The notes under the pieces were generated by a model. The model had not been told where the DNA came from. It made no database searches and saw only the letters and a list, made by a program, of their open reading frames with translations. DNA of 64,000 nucleotides from an uncultured delta proteobacterium. Its GTDB lineage: Bacteria > Desulfobacterota > Binatia > UBA9968. The position numbers were made by a program, and so were the translations under genes. Shown here piece by piece: positions 10,331 through 21,628 of the stretch; position 1 is the stretch's first letter; each line of letters begins with the position of its first letter. The DNA lies in assembly GCA_963745035.1 (NCBI GenBank), contig CAVUVW010000013.1, forward strand, positions 1,632,001-1,696,000, given 5' to 3'.

Positions 10331-11877
10331 CTATTTAAACTGTACCTTCTTGTTCAAATAAAACTTTCGCATCGCCGGCCGGTACTTGTCCATGATGTCT
10401 TTGTTTAGATCCACCGGCGGCTTGGCTCCTTCCGGGAGCAACGAAAAATATTTCGTCTCCTTAGTGTCTTCATCGAACTGTTTCTTGGCGGCGGCGCGAA
10501 GCTCAGGAGAGGTCAACAGGTCGAGCACGGACGCAGCGATAACCTTTGCCCCGACCACGGCGCCCTTGTGGGCGATAGACATGGTCGGCGTGATTCCTGC
10601 CGTCCAGTGGTGCCCTTGGACGCCAGGCACGACGACCGGAAACCGCACAGTGGCCGTCGGTACAACCCAGGTAATATCGCCAATATCGTTTGAAGAACTG
10701 TTTTGCCGCGACGCTCGCAGCGGTTCTATTTTGGTTGGGAGGCCCTCTTCCTTTTTTCCCAACGATTTTGCAATTCCTTGGCGAATTTGTTTTCCGCATC
10801 CGTCCATTTGGGTAAACCGACCATCTCGATGTTTTTTTGAATCGCTTCGGCAATCGCTTTATTTCCTAGCGATGGCCACGCGGCACCGAACGGCTCCATC
10901 TCCATGGTCGTTCCGGTCATGAGAGCCGCGCCTCGCGCAATGTTGACCAGCTTATCGAAATTCTCTTTGGCCCAGGGACCATTGGCGTCGCGAACAAACC
11001 ACCAGATTTGGCCCATATCCGGGATGATGTTCGGCTGCACACCGCCATGGGTGATCGTGCGGTGGCCGCGATAGGTCGGGCGCAAATGCTCGCGCAATTT
11101 GTCGAAACCGATGTCCATCAACACTACGGCATCGACTGCGTCCTTGCCGTCCCAGGGATTTACGCCGCCATGCGCAGTTCTGCCTTTGAACGTGAACTTG
11201 GCGCCGACGAGGGCATAGTTCTGTAAGCCGTAGCCGGTCGCCGAATTGTCGGCAACATGCGTGAGAATCGCCGCGTCGACGTCCTTGAAATAACCGTCGC
11301 GAACCAAATATGGCCGGCTCATCAACTGTTCTTCGGCCGGCCCGATGGAGAGCACGATGGTGCCGGGAATCTTGAATTGCTCCATCGCCTTCTTCACGGC
11401 GAATGCCCCGCCGATCGCCACCGCGCCCATGACGTTGTGCCCTTCCATGTGGCCGGGCGCGCCTTCGACGAGCGGCTTGCGCGGAATGCTTCCCGGCGTT
11501 TGCGAGCCTTCTGGCAAAGCGTCCATCTCGGTGGCGATCGCGATCACCGGTTTGCCCGAGCCCCAAGTCGCCCAGACGTTGGTCGGCATGCCGGCCCCGC
11601 CAAGCTCTACTTTGAAACCCGCGCTCTCCAGAGTTTCTTTGACGAACTTCGCGCTCTCATGCTCCTGCATGCCCGGCTCGGCGTAATAGTAGAGCACGTC
11701 GCCTGTGGTGGCGATCTGCTCGGCGTTGCGCTCGACAACATCAAACGCGACACGTTTCGGATCGCCCGGCGATTCCGCGGTGCCGGCAGGAAACACGACG
11801 GCCAGGGCGAGCACAACGACGATAGAAGTTACAACATTTCTGAGATGCTTCTGCCGAGAAACACCAAAAAACCGCAT
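10331..11877 (-). CDS. M20 amidohydrolase (AbgB-like) with signal peptide; frameshift at ~10767
   Basis: EPGMQE, EMDALP, GHMEGHN, PAEE, QPNIIPD in ORF 10726-11877; SNDIGDITWVVPT and GHHW in ORF 10331-10807; joined by adding one base to an A4 run. Confidence 0.85.
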
Positions 11878-12131
11878 AGGAATATCCTCCTCAACATCAT
11901 CGACTTACCATGATTGGCGGTAAAAAAGATAGAATGGCGCGCCGAGAATCGGGAAGCGGCAGAGAAAATCATTCGGCGTGCGTGCAAAAATTTTTGTCAC
12001 ACCAAGTCGACGGTTCGCGTACCGACGCACGCGCCACAATTCTGCTGCGTATCACGCAAAATTTTTTCACTAAATTGCTTGCATGGTCCGCGTCGTTTCT
12101 GTATCGTTCGCGAGACCTCAGGTTTCTCGCC

Positions 12132-13548
12132 ATGCGCACGATCAAAGTAATATTTGCGCTCTCCTTGGGAATTACTGGAATGATCGGATGCGCGAGCACC
12201 GAGCGTTTGGTCCAACAAGCGCCGCCGACCGCCGTCCAACTCCCGCAAACCAAACCACCATCTGAAAATTTTCCGCAGTCGGCAACCGCTGCCCCCGCGC
12301 CGCAGGCGAGTGCGCCTTTCGTGGCAGAATCGCTGCCGTCGGAGCGCGACTCGCTGGCTCCGGTGCTCGGAGCGGAGCGCGCCGCCATCGGCTGCGCCGG
12401 TCGAAACCAAGCCGGAGCGCGCCGACAACCGCGAGAAGGCCGCGCCGGCGCCGGCGAAACCATCATCCCCGACCGGGGAAGCTCAAAGCGGCTTTCAAGC
12501 CGACAACCGTCTGTTGGAATTGTTGGGGAGAGACATCGACAAAGCGGTCGAGCAACCGGCGGAGCGCCGTCGCTTGCAGTTCTCCAGGGAAGTCGTCGCA
12601 AATCCCAAAGTGCGTCATTTCATCAAGCACTATTCCGGCACCGTGAAGAACGCCTTCGAAGAGCTGCTCGCGCGCTCGGGAAGATACATGCCGATGATCG
12701 CCACGGTGCTCGCGCGCGAGGGTTTGCCGAAGGAGCTCGGCTATCTCGCGTTGCTCGAAAGCGAACTCATTTTGGACGCCACGTCGCGCAACGGCGCCGT
12801 CGGTTTGTGGCAATTCGTCGCAGCGACCGCGCGGCAATACGGGCTGCGCATCGATTCCTGGGTCGACGAACGGCGTGATCCAGTCAAGTCGACGCGCGCG
12901 GCCGCCGCCTACCTGAAGGATTTGCACGATTATTACGGAAGATGGTTTCTCGCCACCGCGGCATACAACGCCGGGCCGGGAAACGTCGACAAGGCATTGC
13001 GCCAAAGCCAAGCGAAAGACTTCTGGAGCATCAAGGCCAAAGCCGAGCTCAGCGAAGAGACCCGCAACTTTGTCCCGAAATTCATCGCGATCGCGCTGAT
13101 CGCAGGCGACCCGCAAAAATACGGTTTTCACGATATCCGTTATTTGCCAGCGCTGGATTACGAGGAAGTCGAGCTGCCCGCTCCGCTCAAGTTGGAAACT
13201 TTGGCGGAGCTCGCCGAAACGGACGTGGCAACGCTCAAAGCTCTCAATCCGGCGCTTCTCCGCACCGCCACGCCGTCCGGGGAGACCGGCTTTCGCGTAA
13301 ATCTCCCGGTGGGACGAGCGGCGACCTTTCTCGCCAAGGCCAAGGACAGAAGCTTGGAAAAGGATGAGGAGCCGGTCAAAGTGGTAACCCACGAAGTGAA
13401 GCGCGGCGAGACCCTGTTCTCGATCGCGCGCTATTACGGCTCCACCGTGCGCGCGCTGATGGAGCTGAACGGCCTCACCACTTCGCAAGTGAAAATCGGT
13501 CAGAAACTGGGAGTCTTACTGCAAGGAATCCGCGCCACCTGGCGCTAG
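12132..13548 (+). CDS. mltD: MltD-like lytic murein transglycosylase lipoprotein (SLT + LysM); frameshift at ~12340-12390
   Basis: Lipobox-like GMIGC from ATG 12132; LLESE, GAVGLWQF, AAYNAG, ETRNFVPK; C-terminal LysM HEVKRGETLFSIA. Confidence 0.8.
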
Positions 13549-14837
13549 GATGACTGGCGCTTTTCCATCGGTACGTAGTCGCGTTGCTCCGCGCCCAGAT
13601 AAAGCTGCTTTGGACGGGCTAATTTCTGGTCCGGATCGGTCAGCATTTCTTCCCATTGGGCGATCCAGCCGCTCGTGCGCGGAATCGCAAACAGCACCGG
13701 AAACATGTCCATCGGCAGGCCTATCGACTGGTAGATCAACCCGGAATAAAAATCGACGTTGGGATAAAGCTTGCGTCGGATAAAGTACTCGTCCTCTAGC
13801 GCGATGCGCTCGAGCTCGAGGGCGATGTCGAGCAAGGGATTGCGTCCTTTGACTTCGAAGACCTGATCGGCGATCTCCTTGATGATCTTGGCGCGCGGGT
13901 CATAGTTCTTGTAGACCCGATGGCCGAAACCCATCAAACGTCCTTCCCCGCCTTTTACCTTTTTGATGAATTCGGAAACTTTGGCCTTGGAGCCGATCTC
14001 CATGAGCATCCGGAGCACGGCTTCATTGGCGCCGCCGTGCAGCGGCCCATAGAGCGCCGCGGCGGCGGCGGCGACCGCCGAATAGGGATCGACCTGGGAG
14101 CTGCCGACGCTGCGCATGGCGTTGGTGCTGCAATTCTGCTCATGGTCGGCGTGGAGAATGAAGAGAATATCGAGAGCGCGCTCGAGCACAGGATTCGGTT
14201 TGTATTTGAGCTCGGTCATCTTGAACAGCATGTTGAGAAAATTTCCCGTGTAGCTCAAATCGTTGTCGGGATAGGAATACGGCAGGCCGAGGCTGTGCCG
14301 GTAGGCGAACGCCGCCAAGGTCGGCATCTTGCTGATCAGACGATAGGTTTGGTCGTGCCGCGAGTTGACATCGAAAATCTTTTTGGCTCCCGGATAAAAT
14401 GTCGAGAGCGCGCCCACGGTGCTGACCAGAATGCCCATCGGGTGCGCGTCATGATGAAAACCGTCGATGAGCTTTTTGATGTTCTCGTGAATGATCGAAT
14501 GATAGGTGATATTGTGGGTCCACTCTGCGAGCTGCGATTTGTTGGGCAGCTCGCCATAAAGAATCAAGTACGCGGTTTCCAAGTAGGTGCTTTTTTCGGC
14601 GATCTGTTCGATCGGATAGCCACGATAGCGCAGAATGCCACGGTCGCCGTCGATGTACGTGATCTTGCTTTGGCAGGAGGCGGTGTTCATGAAGCCGGGG
14701 TCGTAGCAGACGATTCCATCATCTTCCGTGACTTTGATTTGAAACAGGTCGGTCGCTTTGATGCCGCCGTTTTTGATCGGAATGTCGTACTTCTTGCCCG
14801 TCCGGTTATCGATAATGGTCAAAGTGTCTGAAGCCAT
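13545..14837 (-). CDS. gltA: Citrate synthase
   Basis: GILRYRGYPIE, HADHEQN, GPLHGGANE, GFGHRVYK, YPNVDFYSG. Confidence 0.97.
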   Translation of the reverse strand: MASDTLTIIDNRTGKKYDIPIKNGGIKATDLFQIKVTEDDGIVCYDPGFMNTASCQSKITYIDGDRGILRYRGYPIEQIAEKSTYLETAYLILYGELPNKSQLAEWTHNITYHSIIHENIKKLIDGFHHDAHPMGILVSTVGALSTFYPGAKKIFDVNSRHDQTYRLISKMPTLAAFAYRHSLGLPYSYPDNDLSYTGNFLNMLFKMTELKYKPNPVLERALDILFILHADHEQNCSTNAMRSVGSSQVDPYSAVAAAAAALYGPLHGGANEAVLRMLMEIGSKAKVSEFIKKVKGGEGRLMGFGHRVYKNYDPRAKIIKEIADQVFEVKGRNPLLDIALELERIALEDEYFIRRKLYPNVDFYSGLIYQSIGLPMDMFPVLFAIPRTSGWIAQWEEMLTDPDQKLARPKQLYLGAEQRDYVPMEKRQSS

Positions 14838-14917
14838 CGGTTCAACCTTTCACCTCTGCTTTGGCACGATTCTTTTTAGAACATCCCCCTGCCGCGGTCA
14901 ACTCCGCGTCAGCGAGC

Positions 14918-15367
14918 TTAAGGCGCGATCTGCCAGCGAATTTTCCACTCGGTCGCGGATTTCACGCAGCACACCATCGAGGCGGGGAGAAACTCGGCAG
15001 CGGGACGTTCGGAATCGCCGTGGAGCAGCAAGCCGGTCAGTCGGCTCATGAACGGCAGGTGCCCAACCAACATGAGCGAATCGGCGGCGAAGTCGAGCTC
15101 GATTTTGATGATCGCGGGATCGTCATCGGGCAGCAGCCCGGAGAGTTGGGCGACTCTTTCAAGGGAAGGGAAATGCCGCGCCAAAATTTCTGCCGTCTCC
15201 GCGGCACGCAAGATCCCCGAATGATAAATGGCCGAAGGCTGAACATTGCGCTCAACGGCCAATCGCGCCGTCTGTTCGACGTGACGCCGGCCCGCAGCGG
15301 ACAGCGGGCGCAGCGGATTGTCCGCCGCGGTCATGGCATCGCCATGTCGCACTAAGTAAAATCTCAC
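14918..15367 (-). CDS. sixA: Phosphohistidine phosphatase SixA
   Basis: LVRHGDA, RPLS..G, RAAETA, LVGHLP. Confidence 0.9.
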   Translation of the reverse strand: MRFYLVRHGDAMTAADNPLRPLSAAGRRHVEQTARLAVERNVQPSAIYHSGILRAAETAEILARHFPSLERVAQLSGLLPDDDPAIIKIELDFAADSLMLVGHLPFMSRLTGLLLHGDSERPAAEFLPASMVCCVKSATEWKIRWQIAP

Positions 15368-15567
15368 GACGGGTCAGGCACCTCGATAGACTGCGGCGAT
15401 CGCGATACGAAAGCGCAGTGGCTGGCACCGCAGTGCGCGCCGACGATGACGGCGAATGTTTCGTGCGACCGCGCCGCGCGCTCGTGGTTGCAAAAGGCAG
15501 GTGTTCATATAGTATGCCGGTCAGAAATTTGCAATCGAGCGGTCCATGGGACGCGCGTTCGGCAACC

Positions 15568-16296
15568 GTGATCGAATTTCGCAAGGTCAATAAATGGTTC
15601 GGTTCGCTTCACGTCCTCAAGGACATTGATTTAACCGTAGAAGCGGGCAACGTCGTCGTCGTCTGCGGGCCGAGCGGCAGCGGTAAAAGCACCTTGATCC
15701 GCTGCATCAACCGGCTCGAAATCATCCAATCCGGCGACATCGTCGTAGACGGCCGCTCGGTATCCGATCCGCGCCTGGACGCGGCGAGCTTGCGCGCCGA
15801 CGTCGGAATGGTGTTTCAATCGTTCAATCTCTACCCGCACATGACAGTGCTCGAAAACATCACGCTGGCGCCGATCAAGGTGAAGCGCCTGGCCGCCGAG
15901 GAGGCGAAAAAAATCGCCACCCAGCTCCTGGAACGCGTGGGTATTCCCGATAAGGCCACCGCCTTTCCGGCTAATCTCTCCGGCGGCCAGCAGCAGCGCG
16001 TGGCGATCGCGCGCGCTCTGGCGATGAAGCCCAAGATTATGTTGTTCGACGAGCCCACATCGGCACTCGATCCGGAAATGATCAATGAAGTCTTGGAAGT
16101 GATGACCGATCTGGCGCGCGACGGCATGACGATGATCGTGGTCACGCATGAGATGGGCTTTGCCCGCCGCGTGGCCGATCGAGTGGTCTTCATGGACCAG
16201 GGACAGGTGATCGAAGCCAATCCGCCGGAAAAATTTTTCGCCGCGGCGGAGTCTCCTCGCGCGCGGCAATTCTTAAGCAAGATCCTTTCTCACTGA
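15568..16296 (+). CDS. Polar amino acid ABC transporter ATP-binding protein
   Basis: GPSGSGKST, LSGGQQQRV, FDEPTSALD, VTHEMGF; GTG start at MIEFRKVNKWFG. Confidence 0.95.
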   Translation: MIEFRKVNKWFGSLHVLKDIDLTVEAGNVVVVCGPSGSGKSTLIRCINRLEIIQSGDIVVDGRSVSDPRLDAASLRADVGMVFQSFNLYPHMTVLENITLAPIKVKRLAAEEAKKIATQLLERVGIPDKATAFPANLSGGQQQRVAIARALAMKPKIMLFDEPTSALDPEMINEVLEVMTDLARDGMTMIVVTHEMGFARRVADRVVFMDQGQVIEANPPEKFFAAAESPRARQFLSKILSH

Positions 16297-16306
16297 GGAG
16301 CGCGAC

Positions 16307-17164
16307 ATGAAACGATCCTTTTGCCTTTGGTTCATCGCTTTGCTTGGCATTGCAGTCCACGGCTCGGCGCGGGCGCAAAGTGCGCTGGAAAAAATCGACA
16401 AGAGCGGAACGCTGATCATCGGCGCGCGGACCGGCTCGCCGCCATTCGCTTACGTCAACAAGAACAACGAGTGGGTGGGTTTTTCCATCGACCTGGTAGA
16501 AAAGGCGATCTTGCCGGCGCTCAACAAGAAGCTAAACAAGCAAGTGAAGCTCGAAAAGAAGGAGTCCGCGCCGCAGACGCGCATCCCGCTACTCACCTCG
16601 AACGCCGTGGACCTGATCGCCGAAACCATGACCGACACGCAATCGCGCCGCGAGACCGTCGATTTCAGTCTCACCTTTTTCGCCACGGGCGCGCAATTCC
16701 TGGTCAAGAAAGGTAGCCCGATCAAGGGCCTTCAAACCGTCGCCAACCGGCGCGTCGCGGCGCAGCAAGGCTCCACCAACGCGAAAATTATCCGCGAGAG
16801 CGTACCGACCGCCAAGCTGCTCGAGTTTCCCGATCAGCCGGCGGCCTTTCAAGCCCTCGCTCAAGGCCAGGTGCACGCCTACACCAATGACGGCATTCAG
16901 CTTGCAGGTCTGAAAGCCAAGGCGCCCAAACCGGACGAATGGGCGGTGGTCGGCGAGTTTTTCTCCTACGAGCCTTACGGCATGGCGATGAGAAAGAACG
17001 ATTCCGATTTTCGCCAGATCGTGAATGTAGCCCTGATGGACGCCATCACCAGCGGTCTCTATTTCGAGATCTACGAAAAATGGTTCGGGCCCAAAGGCGA
17101 AGTCCCCTATCCTCTGACTGCCGAGACCAAGCGCTTCCTGCAAATGCAAGTCGTGCCCAAATAA
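16307..17164 (+). CDS. Polar amino acid (Glu/Asp-like) ABC substrate-binding protein
   Basis: SPPFAY, RIPLL, TMTDTQSR, VDFS, EPYGMAMRK. Confidence 0.92.
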   Translation: MKRSFCLWFIALLGIAVHGSARAQSALEKIDKSGTLIIGARTGSPPFAYVNKNNEWVGFSIDLVEKAILPALNKKLNKQVKLEKKESAPQTRIPLLTSNAVDLIAETMTDTQSRRETVDFSLTFFATGAQFLVKKGSPIKGLQTVANRRVAAQQGSTNAKIIRESVPTAKLLEFPDQPAAFQALAQGQVHAYTNDGIQLAGLKAKAPKPDEWAVVGEFFSYEPYGMAMRKNDSDFRQIVNVALMDAITSGLYFEIYEKWFGPKGEVPYPLTAETKRFLQMQVVPK

Positions 17165-17252
17165 GGCACGAGGCAACAGGCGTGAGGCGTAGGGAAAAGG
17201 ACAGACGGTTTTTCTTACTCGCGACTTTCGCCTGAAGCCTCACGCCTGCCCG
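17165..17252. repeat. Heptamer-periodic intergenic hairpin (AGGCNNN units and complement)
   Basis: AGGCACG AGGCAAC AGGCGTG AGGCGT followed by CGCCTG AAGCCTC ACGCCTG. Confidence 0.7.
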
Positions 17253-17256
17253 CGAA

Positions 17257-17982
17257 ATGAATTACCAATTTGACTGGAGCGTTCTCTGGAGCGGCCAGAC
17301 CGGCGCGTGGCTCCTTCGAGGCATCCTGATCACGCTTCAGCTCTCCGCGCTTGGCTGGCTGGCCGCGGTCGCGCTGGGTACCGTCGCCGGCGCGCTGCGC
17401 ACCGTAGCGATTGCGCCGCTGCGCTGGCTCGCCGGCGCCTATGTTGAATTTTTCCGCAACGTTCCACTGCTCGTCTGGATGTTCTTTTGGTACTTCGGCA
17501 TGCCGCCGCTCTTGCCCGAGGCGATCCAGGAATGGCTGCTGGATCACGGCGCGGAATTCTGGGCAGGCGCATGCGCCTTGGGCGTCTATCACGGCGCGCG
17601 CTTCTCCGAAGTGATCCGGTCCGGGATTCGCTCGATTCCAAAAACCCAGTATGAAGCCGCCGTCTCCACCGGCTTGACGGTGCCGCAAACGTACCGCTTG
17701 ATCATCCTGCCGGTCGCGCTGCGCCTGATCGTCCCGCCCGCCACCAATGAAACGCTCAATCTTCTGAAAAACTCCTCCGTCGCACTGACCATCGGCGTGG
17801 CGGAGCTGACCTTTCAGACCCGACAGATCGAAACATACACCGCCAAGGCCTTCGAGGCGCTGGCGGCCGGAACGCTGATCTACCTCGCGCTCTGCCTGGC
17901 TATCGCCACGATCATGGCGCGCGTGGAGCGGCGAGTGGCGATCCCGGGCATGATCGCGCGCGGCCAGAGCGGCGAGCTTTAG
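17257..17982 (+). CDS. Amino acid ABC transporter permease
   Basis: YVEFFRNVPLLV, SEVIRSGI..Q.EAA, LLKNSS. Confidence 0.93.
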   Translation: MNYQFDWSVLWSGQTGAWLLRGILITLQLSALGWLAAVALGTVAGALRTVAIAPLRWLAGAYVEFFRNVPLLVWMFFWYFGMPPLLPEAIQEWLLDHGAEFWAGACALGVYHGARFSEVIRSGIRSIPKTQYEAAVSTGLTVPQTYRLIILPVALRLIVPPATNETLNLLKNSSVALTIGVAELTFQTRQIETYTAKAFEALAAGTLIYLALCLAIATIMARVERRVAIPGMIARGQSGEL

Positions 17983-17983
17983 C

Positions 17984-18658
17984 ATGGACTTCCGCGTTGT
18001 CGCCGACAATTTTTCCTTTCTGATCGTCCAAGGCTTTATCGGTTTCGGCTCCTTCGCCGGCGGCACCCTGCGTCTGGCGCTGCCTGCCATTTTTTTCGGC
18101 TTCCTGCTCGGCACCGGCATCGGGGTGGCGCGTCTAGCGCGGTCTCGGTGGGTAAATCTACCAGCAAAGGTTTACGTAGAATTTTTTCGCGGCGTGCCTC
18201 TGGTCATGGTCATTTTCTGGTTTTGGTTCATCATTCCCACTCTGCTCGGCAGGTCGCTTCCCGAATACAGCGTCGCGCTGACGGCTTTCGTGGTTTTCGA
18301 AGCGGCCTACTTGGCGGAAATCGTGCGCGCCGGCATTCAGTCTGTGCCGCGCGGTCAAATCGAGGCCGCCACCGCGACCGGCCTGACGCGCGCGCCGATG
18401 ATGCGCCACGTCATTTTGCCGCAGGCGCTGCGCAACATGATTCCGGCGCTGGTGACGCAATTCATCGTGCTGCTGAAAGATACCTCATTGGCCTCGATCA
18501 TCGGCTACGTCGATCTCACCAAGGCCGCGCAGATCGTCAACAACCGCGAAATTCGCCCGTTCGAGCTCTATCTTTTCATCGCGGTAGTTTACTGGCTGTG
18601 CAGTTACGCGATGTCGCGCTACGCCCGCCGGTGGGACGGGGCTCAGCCTGCCGCCTGA
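17984..18658 (+). CDS. Amino acid ABC transporter permease
   Basis: YVEFFRGVPL, AEIVRAGIQSVPRGQIEAA, LLKDTSL. Confidence 0.93.
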   Translation: MDFRVVADNFSFLIVQGFIGFGSFAGGTLRLALPAIFFGFLLGTGIGVARLARSRWVNLPAKVYVEFFRGVPLVMVIFWFWFIIPTLLGRSLPEYSVALTAFVVFEAAYLAEIVRAGIQSVPRGQIEAATATGLTRAPMMRHVILPQALRNMIPALVTQFIVLLKDTSLASIIGYVDLTKAAQIVNNREIRPFELYLFIAVVYWLCSYAMSRYARRWDGAQPAA

Positions 18659-18919
18659 ACCTGTGTCAACGAAATTTAATCATCTTGCCGGCGTCCACGG
18701 TTGACTGCTTCAAGAACGGTGCGATAAATTTCGGAGACCGCAGCGCGACCGTTGAGTTCAAGCAACACTGAATTTCGTGAATACGATGACCGAAACAATT
18801 GAGGATGCCATCGAGGAAATCGCTCTCGGACGCGGCCTGCCGTTGCCGCGCCGGAGCATCCATCCCGACTCGATGATTTTCGGCTTGCCCGCTGACCTCC
18901 GGCACGGAAGTGAAATAAT

Positions 18920-20335
18920 ATGGCTCACTACGATTTATTGGTGATCGGTTCCGGCCCCGCCGGCCAGAAAGCCGCCATCCAGGCGGCCAAGGCCGGCAAG
19001 ACCGTCGGCATCATCGAGCGGCGGACAGTTGCCGGCGGCTTGTGCATCAACATTGGCACGATCCCGAGCAAATCCCTGCGCGAGGCCGTGATGTTTCTCT
19101 CCGGCTTTCGCCAGCGCAATCTCTACGGCGCCAGCTACCGGGTGAAAAAAGACATCACCTTCGAAGACCTGGCGCAACGCTGCGATCACGTAGTCAAGGC
19201 CGAGCAGGAAATTATCCAAAACCAGCTCATGCGAAACCACGTCGACTTTATCGTCGGCACCGCTTCCATTCTCGATTCGCACCGGATCGCCATCGACGGG
19301 GGAGCCGAATCCCAAGAGCACACTGCCGACTACATTGTCATCGCCGTGGGGACCGAGCCGGCGCGCCCGCCGGAGATTCCCTTCGATGGCGAAGCGGTCA
19401 TCGACAGCGACGAGCTGATCTCGCTCAAGCAGCTGCCGAAATCGCTCACCATCGTCGGCGGGGGCGTGATCGGTTGCGAATACGCCTGCATCCTCGCCAC
19501 CCTGGGCATCCCCGTGGTGCTGGTCGAGCGGCGGCCCAGGCTGCTCGAGTTCGTCGACAGCGAGATGATCGAGTCGCTGCAATACCAGATGCGTAACATC
19601 GGCGTGACCTTGCGGCTCCACGAGGAAGTGACCGGCGTTCACAAGGCAAACGACGGCTCCGTGGTGCTGCAACTCAGGAGCGGCAAGCAGATCCGCTCAC
19701 CGCTGCTCATCTACTCGGCGGGCCGCGTGGGCGCAACGAAAAACCTGGGCCTGGAGCGGATCGGCATCGCGCCCGACGAGCGCGGGCGGCTCAAAGTCAA
19801 TGCAGATTTTCAGATGGCAGTGCCGCATATTTACGCCGTCGGAGACGTCGTGGGATTTCCGGCGTTGGCATCGACTTCGATGCAGCAAGGACGCCACGCC
19901 GCCTGCCATGCGTTCCAGCTTCAATGCGATACGGCCACTCACCTTTTGCCGTACGGCATCTACACGATTCCGGAGATCTCCATGGTCGGGCGCAATGAAG
20001 ACGAGCTCACCAGCGGCGGCGTTCCCTATGAAGTCGGCGTCGCCCGCTACCGCGAGATCGCCCGCGGGCAGTTGATCGGCGACACCGTGGGCATGCTGAA
20101 ACTGCTGTTTCATAGCGAGACCCGCGAGTTGCTCGGCGTTCACGCGATCGGCGAGGGCGCCACCGAATTGGTTCACATCGGCCAAGCGGTCATCGCCCAC
20201 GGCGGCAAGCTCGACTACTTTATCGACGCGGTTTTCAACTACCCGACCTTGGCGGAATGCTACAAAGTCGCCGCACTCGCCGCGCTCAACAAATTTCCCA
20301 GCGACGCCCTAACATGCAAAGTGCCGCCGTCCTGA
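18920..20335 (+). CDS. sthA: Soluble (Si-specific) NAD(P)+ transhydrogenase
   Basis: GSGPAG, GGLCINIGTIPSKSLRE (CxxxxT), GFPALASTSMQQGR, YTIPEIS, FNYPTLAECYK. Confidence 0.93.
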   Translation: MAHYDLLVIGSGPAGQKAAIQAAKAGKTVGIIERRTVAGGLCINIGTIPSKSLREAVMFLSGFRQRNLYGASYRVKKDITFEDLAQRCDHVVKAEQEIIQNQLMRNHVDFIVGTASILDSHRIAIDGGAESQEHTADYIVIAVGTEPARPPEIPFDGEAVIDSDELISLKQLPKSLTIVGGGVIGCEYACILATLGIPVVLVERRPRLLEFVDSEMIESLQYQMRNIGVTLRLHEEVTGVHKANDGSVVLQLRSGKQIRSPLLIYSAGRVGATKNLGLERIGIAPDERGRLKVNADFQMAVPHIYAVGDVVGFPALASTSMQQGRHAACHAFQLQCDTATHLLPYGIYTIPEISMVGRNEDELTSGGVPYEVGVARYREIARGQLIGDTVGMLKLLFHSETRELLGVHAIGEGATELVHIGQAVIAHGGKLDYFIDAVFNYPTLAECYKVAALAALNKFPSDALTCKVPPS

Positions 20336-20356
20336 ATCGATCCGTCGGTTTCTGGA

Positions 20357-20755
20357 TTAGCCCACGTTGGAAACTTTATCGGGACGAATCTTGTAGATCA
20401 CGCGCACCTCGTCTGGGGCGCGAAATGGATAGCGTTCTTTGTCCAGGTATTTTTTCGCCAGGGCGTCGATGTGCGCGTCCGCGCCGCTTTCCGTGATTTC
20501 GTCGACATTGCCGCGAATCGCGAGATAGCGATAGGGGTTGTCCGGATCCTGGATGGACAACGCCACTCGTTTGTCGCCGCGCATGTTTTTGTCCTTCAGC
20601 CGGCTTTTGGCGGAATTGATGCGGACATGGGTGCCGTCGAAATCGCACCACACCGGCGTCACTTGCGGGCTCCCATCCGGCATCAAGGTCGCCAAGTGGG
20701 CGAAGGCGCGCTTGTTCAGTATGTCTTTGAGCTCCTCGGGAATCTTGGACGCCAT
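20357..20755 (-). CDS. PPOX-class putative F420-dependent oxidoreductase
   Basis: AHLATLMPDGSPQVTPVW, K.KNM..D.RV, AKKYL...YP. Confidence 0.88.
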   Translation of the reverse strand: MASKIPEELKDILNKRAFAHLATLMPDGSPQVTPVWCDFDGTHVRINSAKSRLKDKNMRGDKRVALSIQDPDNPYRYLAIRGNVDEITESGADAHIDALAKKYLDKERYPFRAPDEVRVIYKIRPDKVSNVG

Positions 20756-20781
20756 GGGATTCTCCTTTCCGATTGCCGCTG

Positions 20782-21435
20782 TCAGTAAAAATAGTTTCGC
20801 AACTCGCTCAAATGCTCGATCATCAAGTCCGGCTTGGCCGCGCTCAACCGATCCTTATCGCCGAGACCGTAGCTCACGGCGCAGGTGATCACTCCGGCGC
20901 GTCGCCCCGCCTCGATGTCGGTCTCGCCGTCACCGACCATCACGGCGCTCGACGCCGCGGTTTGAAATCGTTCCAACGCCATCGTAACGAGCGCCGGATG
21001 GGGCTTTTTTTCCGCAGCGCTGTCGCCGCCCAAGATGAGGTCGAAAGATTCTCCAACGCCGAGCCCGCGCACCACCGCTTCGGCCAGCCGCTGGATCTTG
21101 TTTGTTGCCACGATCCTGCGCTTACCGCTAAAATACTCGAGGATGTCCTGAACTCCCGGATAGAGCACCGTCTTGTCGAGCAAATGCGCCTCGTAGTGCT
21201 CCACAAAGACTCCCAGGACTTGATGGAAATGCTCGCCGTCCTTGATCGGCAAAGTGTGCCGCAGAAGATGCTCGACACCGAGGCCGACGTGGGCATGGAT
21301 TCGTGCCGCCGCGAGCGGCGCCAAATCGAATCGCGCGCGCGTAAAATTGACCGCATCCGCAAGATCCGCCCCCGTGTCGGCGAGTGTTCCGTCGAGGTCG
21401 AACAGGATCAAGTCCACCCGCTTTTTCATACTCAT
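20782..21435 (-). CDS. gph: HAD hydrolase, phosphoglycolate phosphatase-like
   Basis: FDLDGTL, ATNK, KKPHP, MVGDGETD. Confidence 0.85.
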   Translation of the reverse strand: MSMKKRVDLILFDLDGTLADTGADLADAVNFTRARFDLAPLAAARIHAHVGLGVEHLLRHTLPIKDGEHFHQVLGVFVEHYEAHLLDKTVLYPGVQDILEYFSGKRRIVATNKIQRLAEAVVRGLGVGESFDLILGGDSAAEKKPHPALVTMALERFQTAASSAVMVGDGETDIEAGRRAGVITCAVSYGLGDKDRLSAAKPDLMIEHLSELRNYFY

Positions 21436-21628
21436 GGATTGAAATTGAAATCCCCAGCCAAGTCAACGCGGCGGTGCGGCGCGGGAGAAGATTGCCGAGC
21501 CGCGACTTCGCGTGACCGCTGGCGAACTGCCGGCCCAGCATTTGACGAGGAACTCTTTGCGCATTGCTGGTGCCTTGTGTAAGTTGGCGCGTCGGCGCCA
21601 GTCGAAATATTCTGTGCGGAGGTCATCG

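Noticed and set aside
18666-18905. 79-aa minus-strand ORF between the permease and sthA
   Set aside because: No recognisable motif or RBS; probably intergenic
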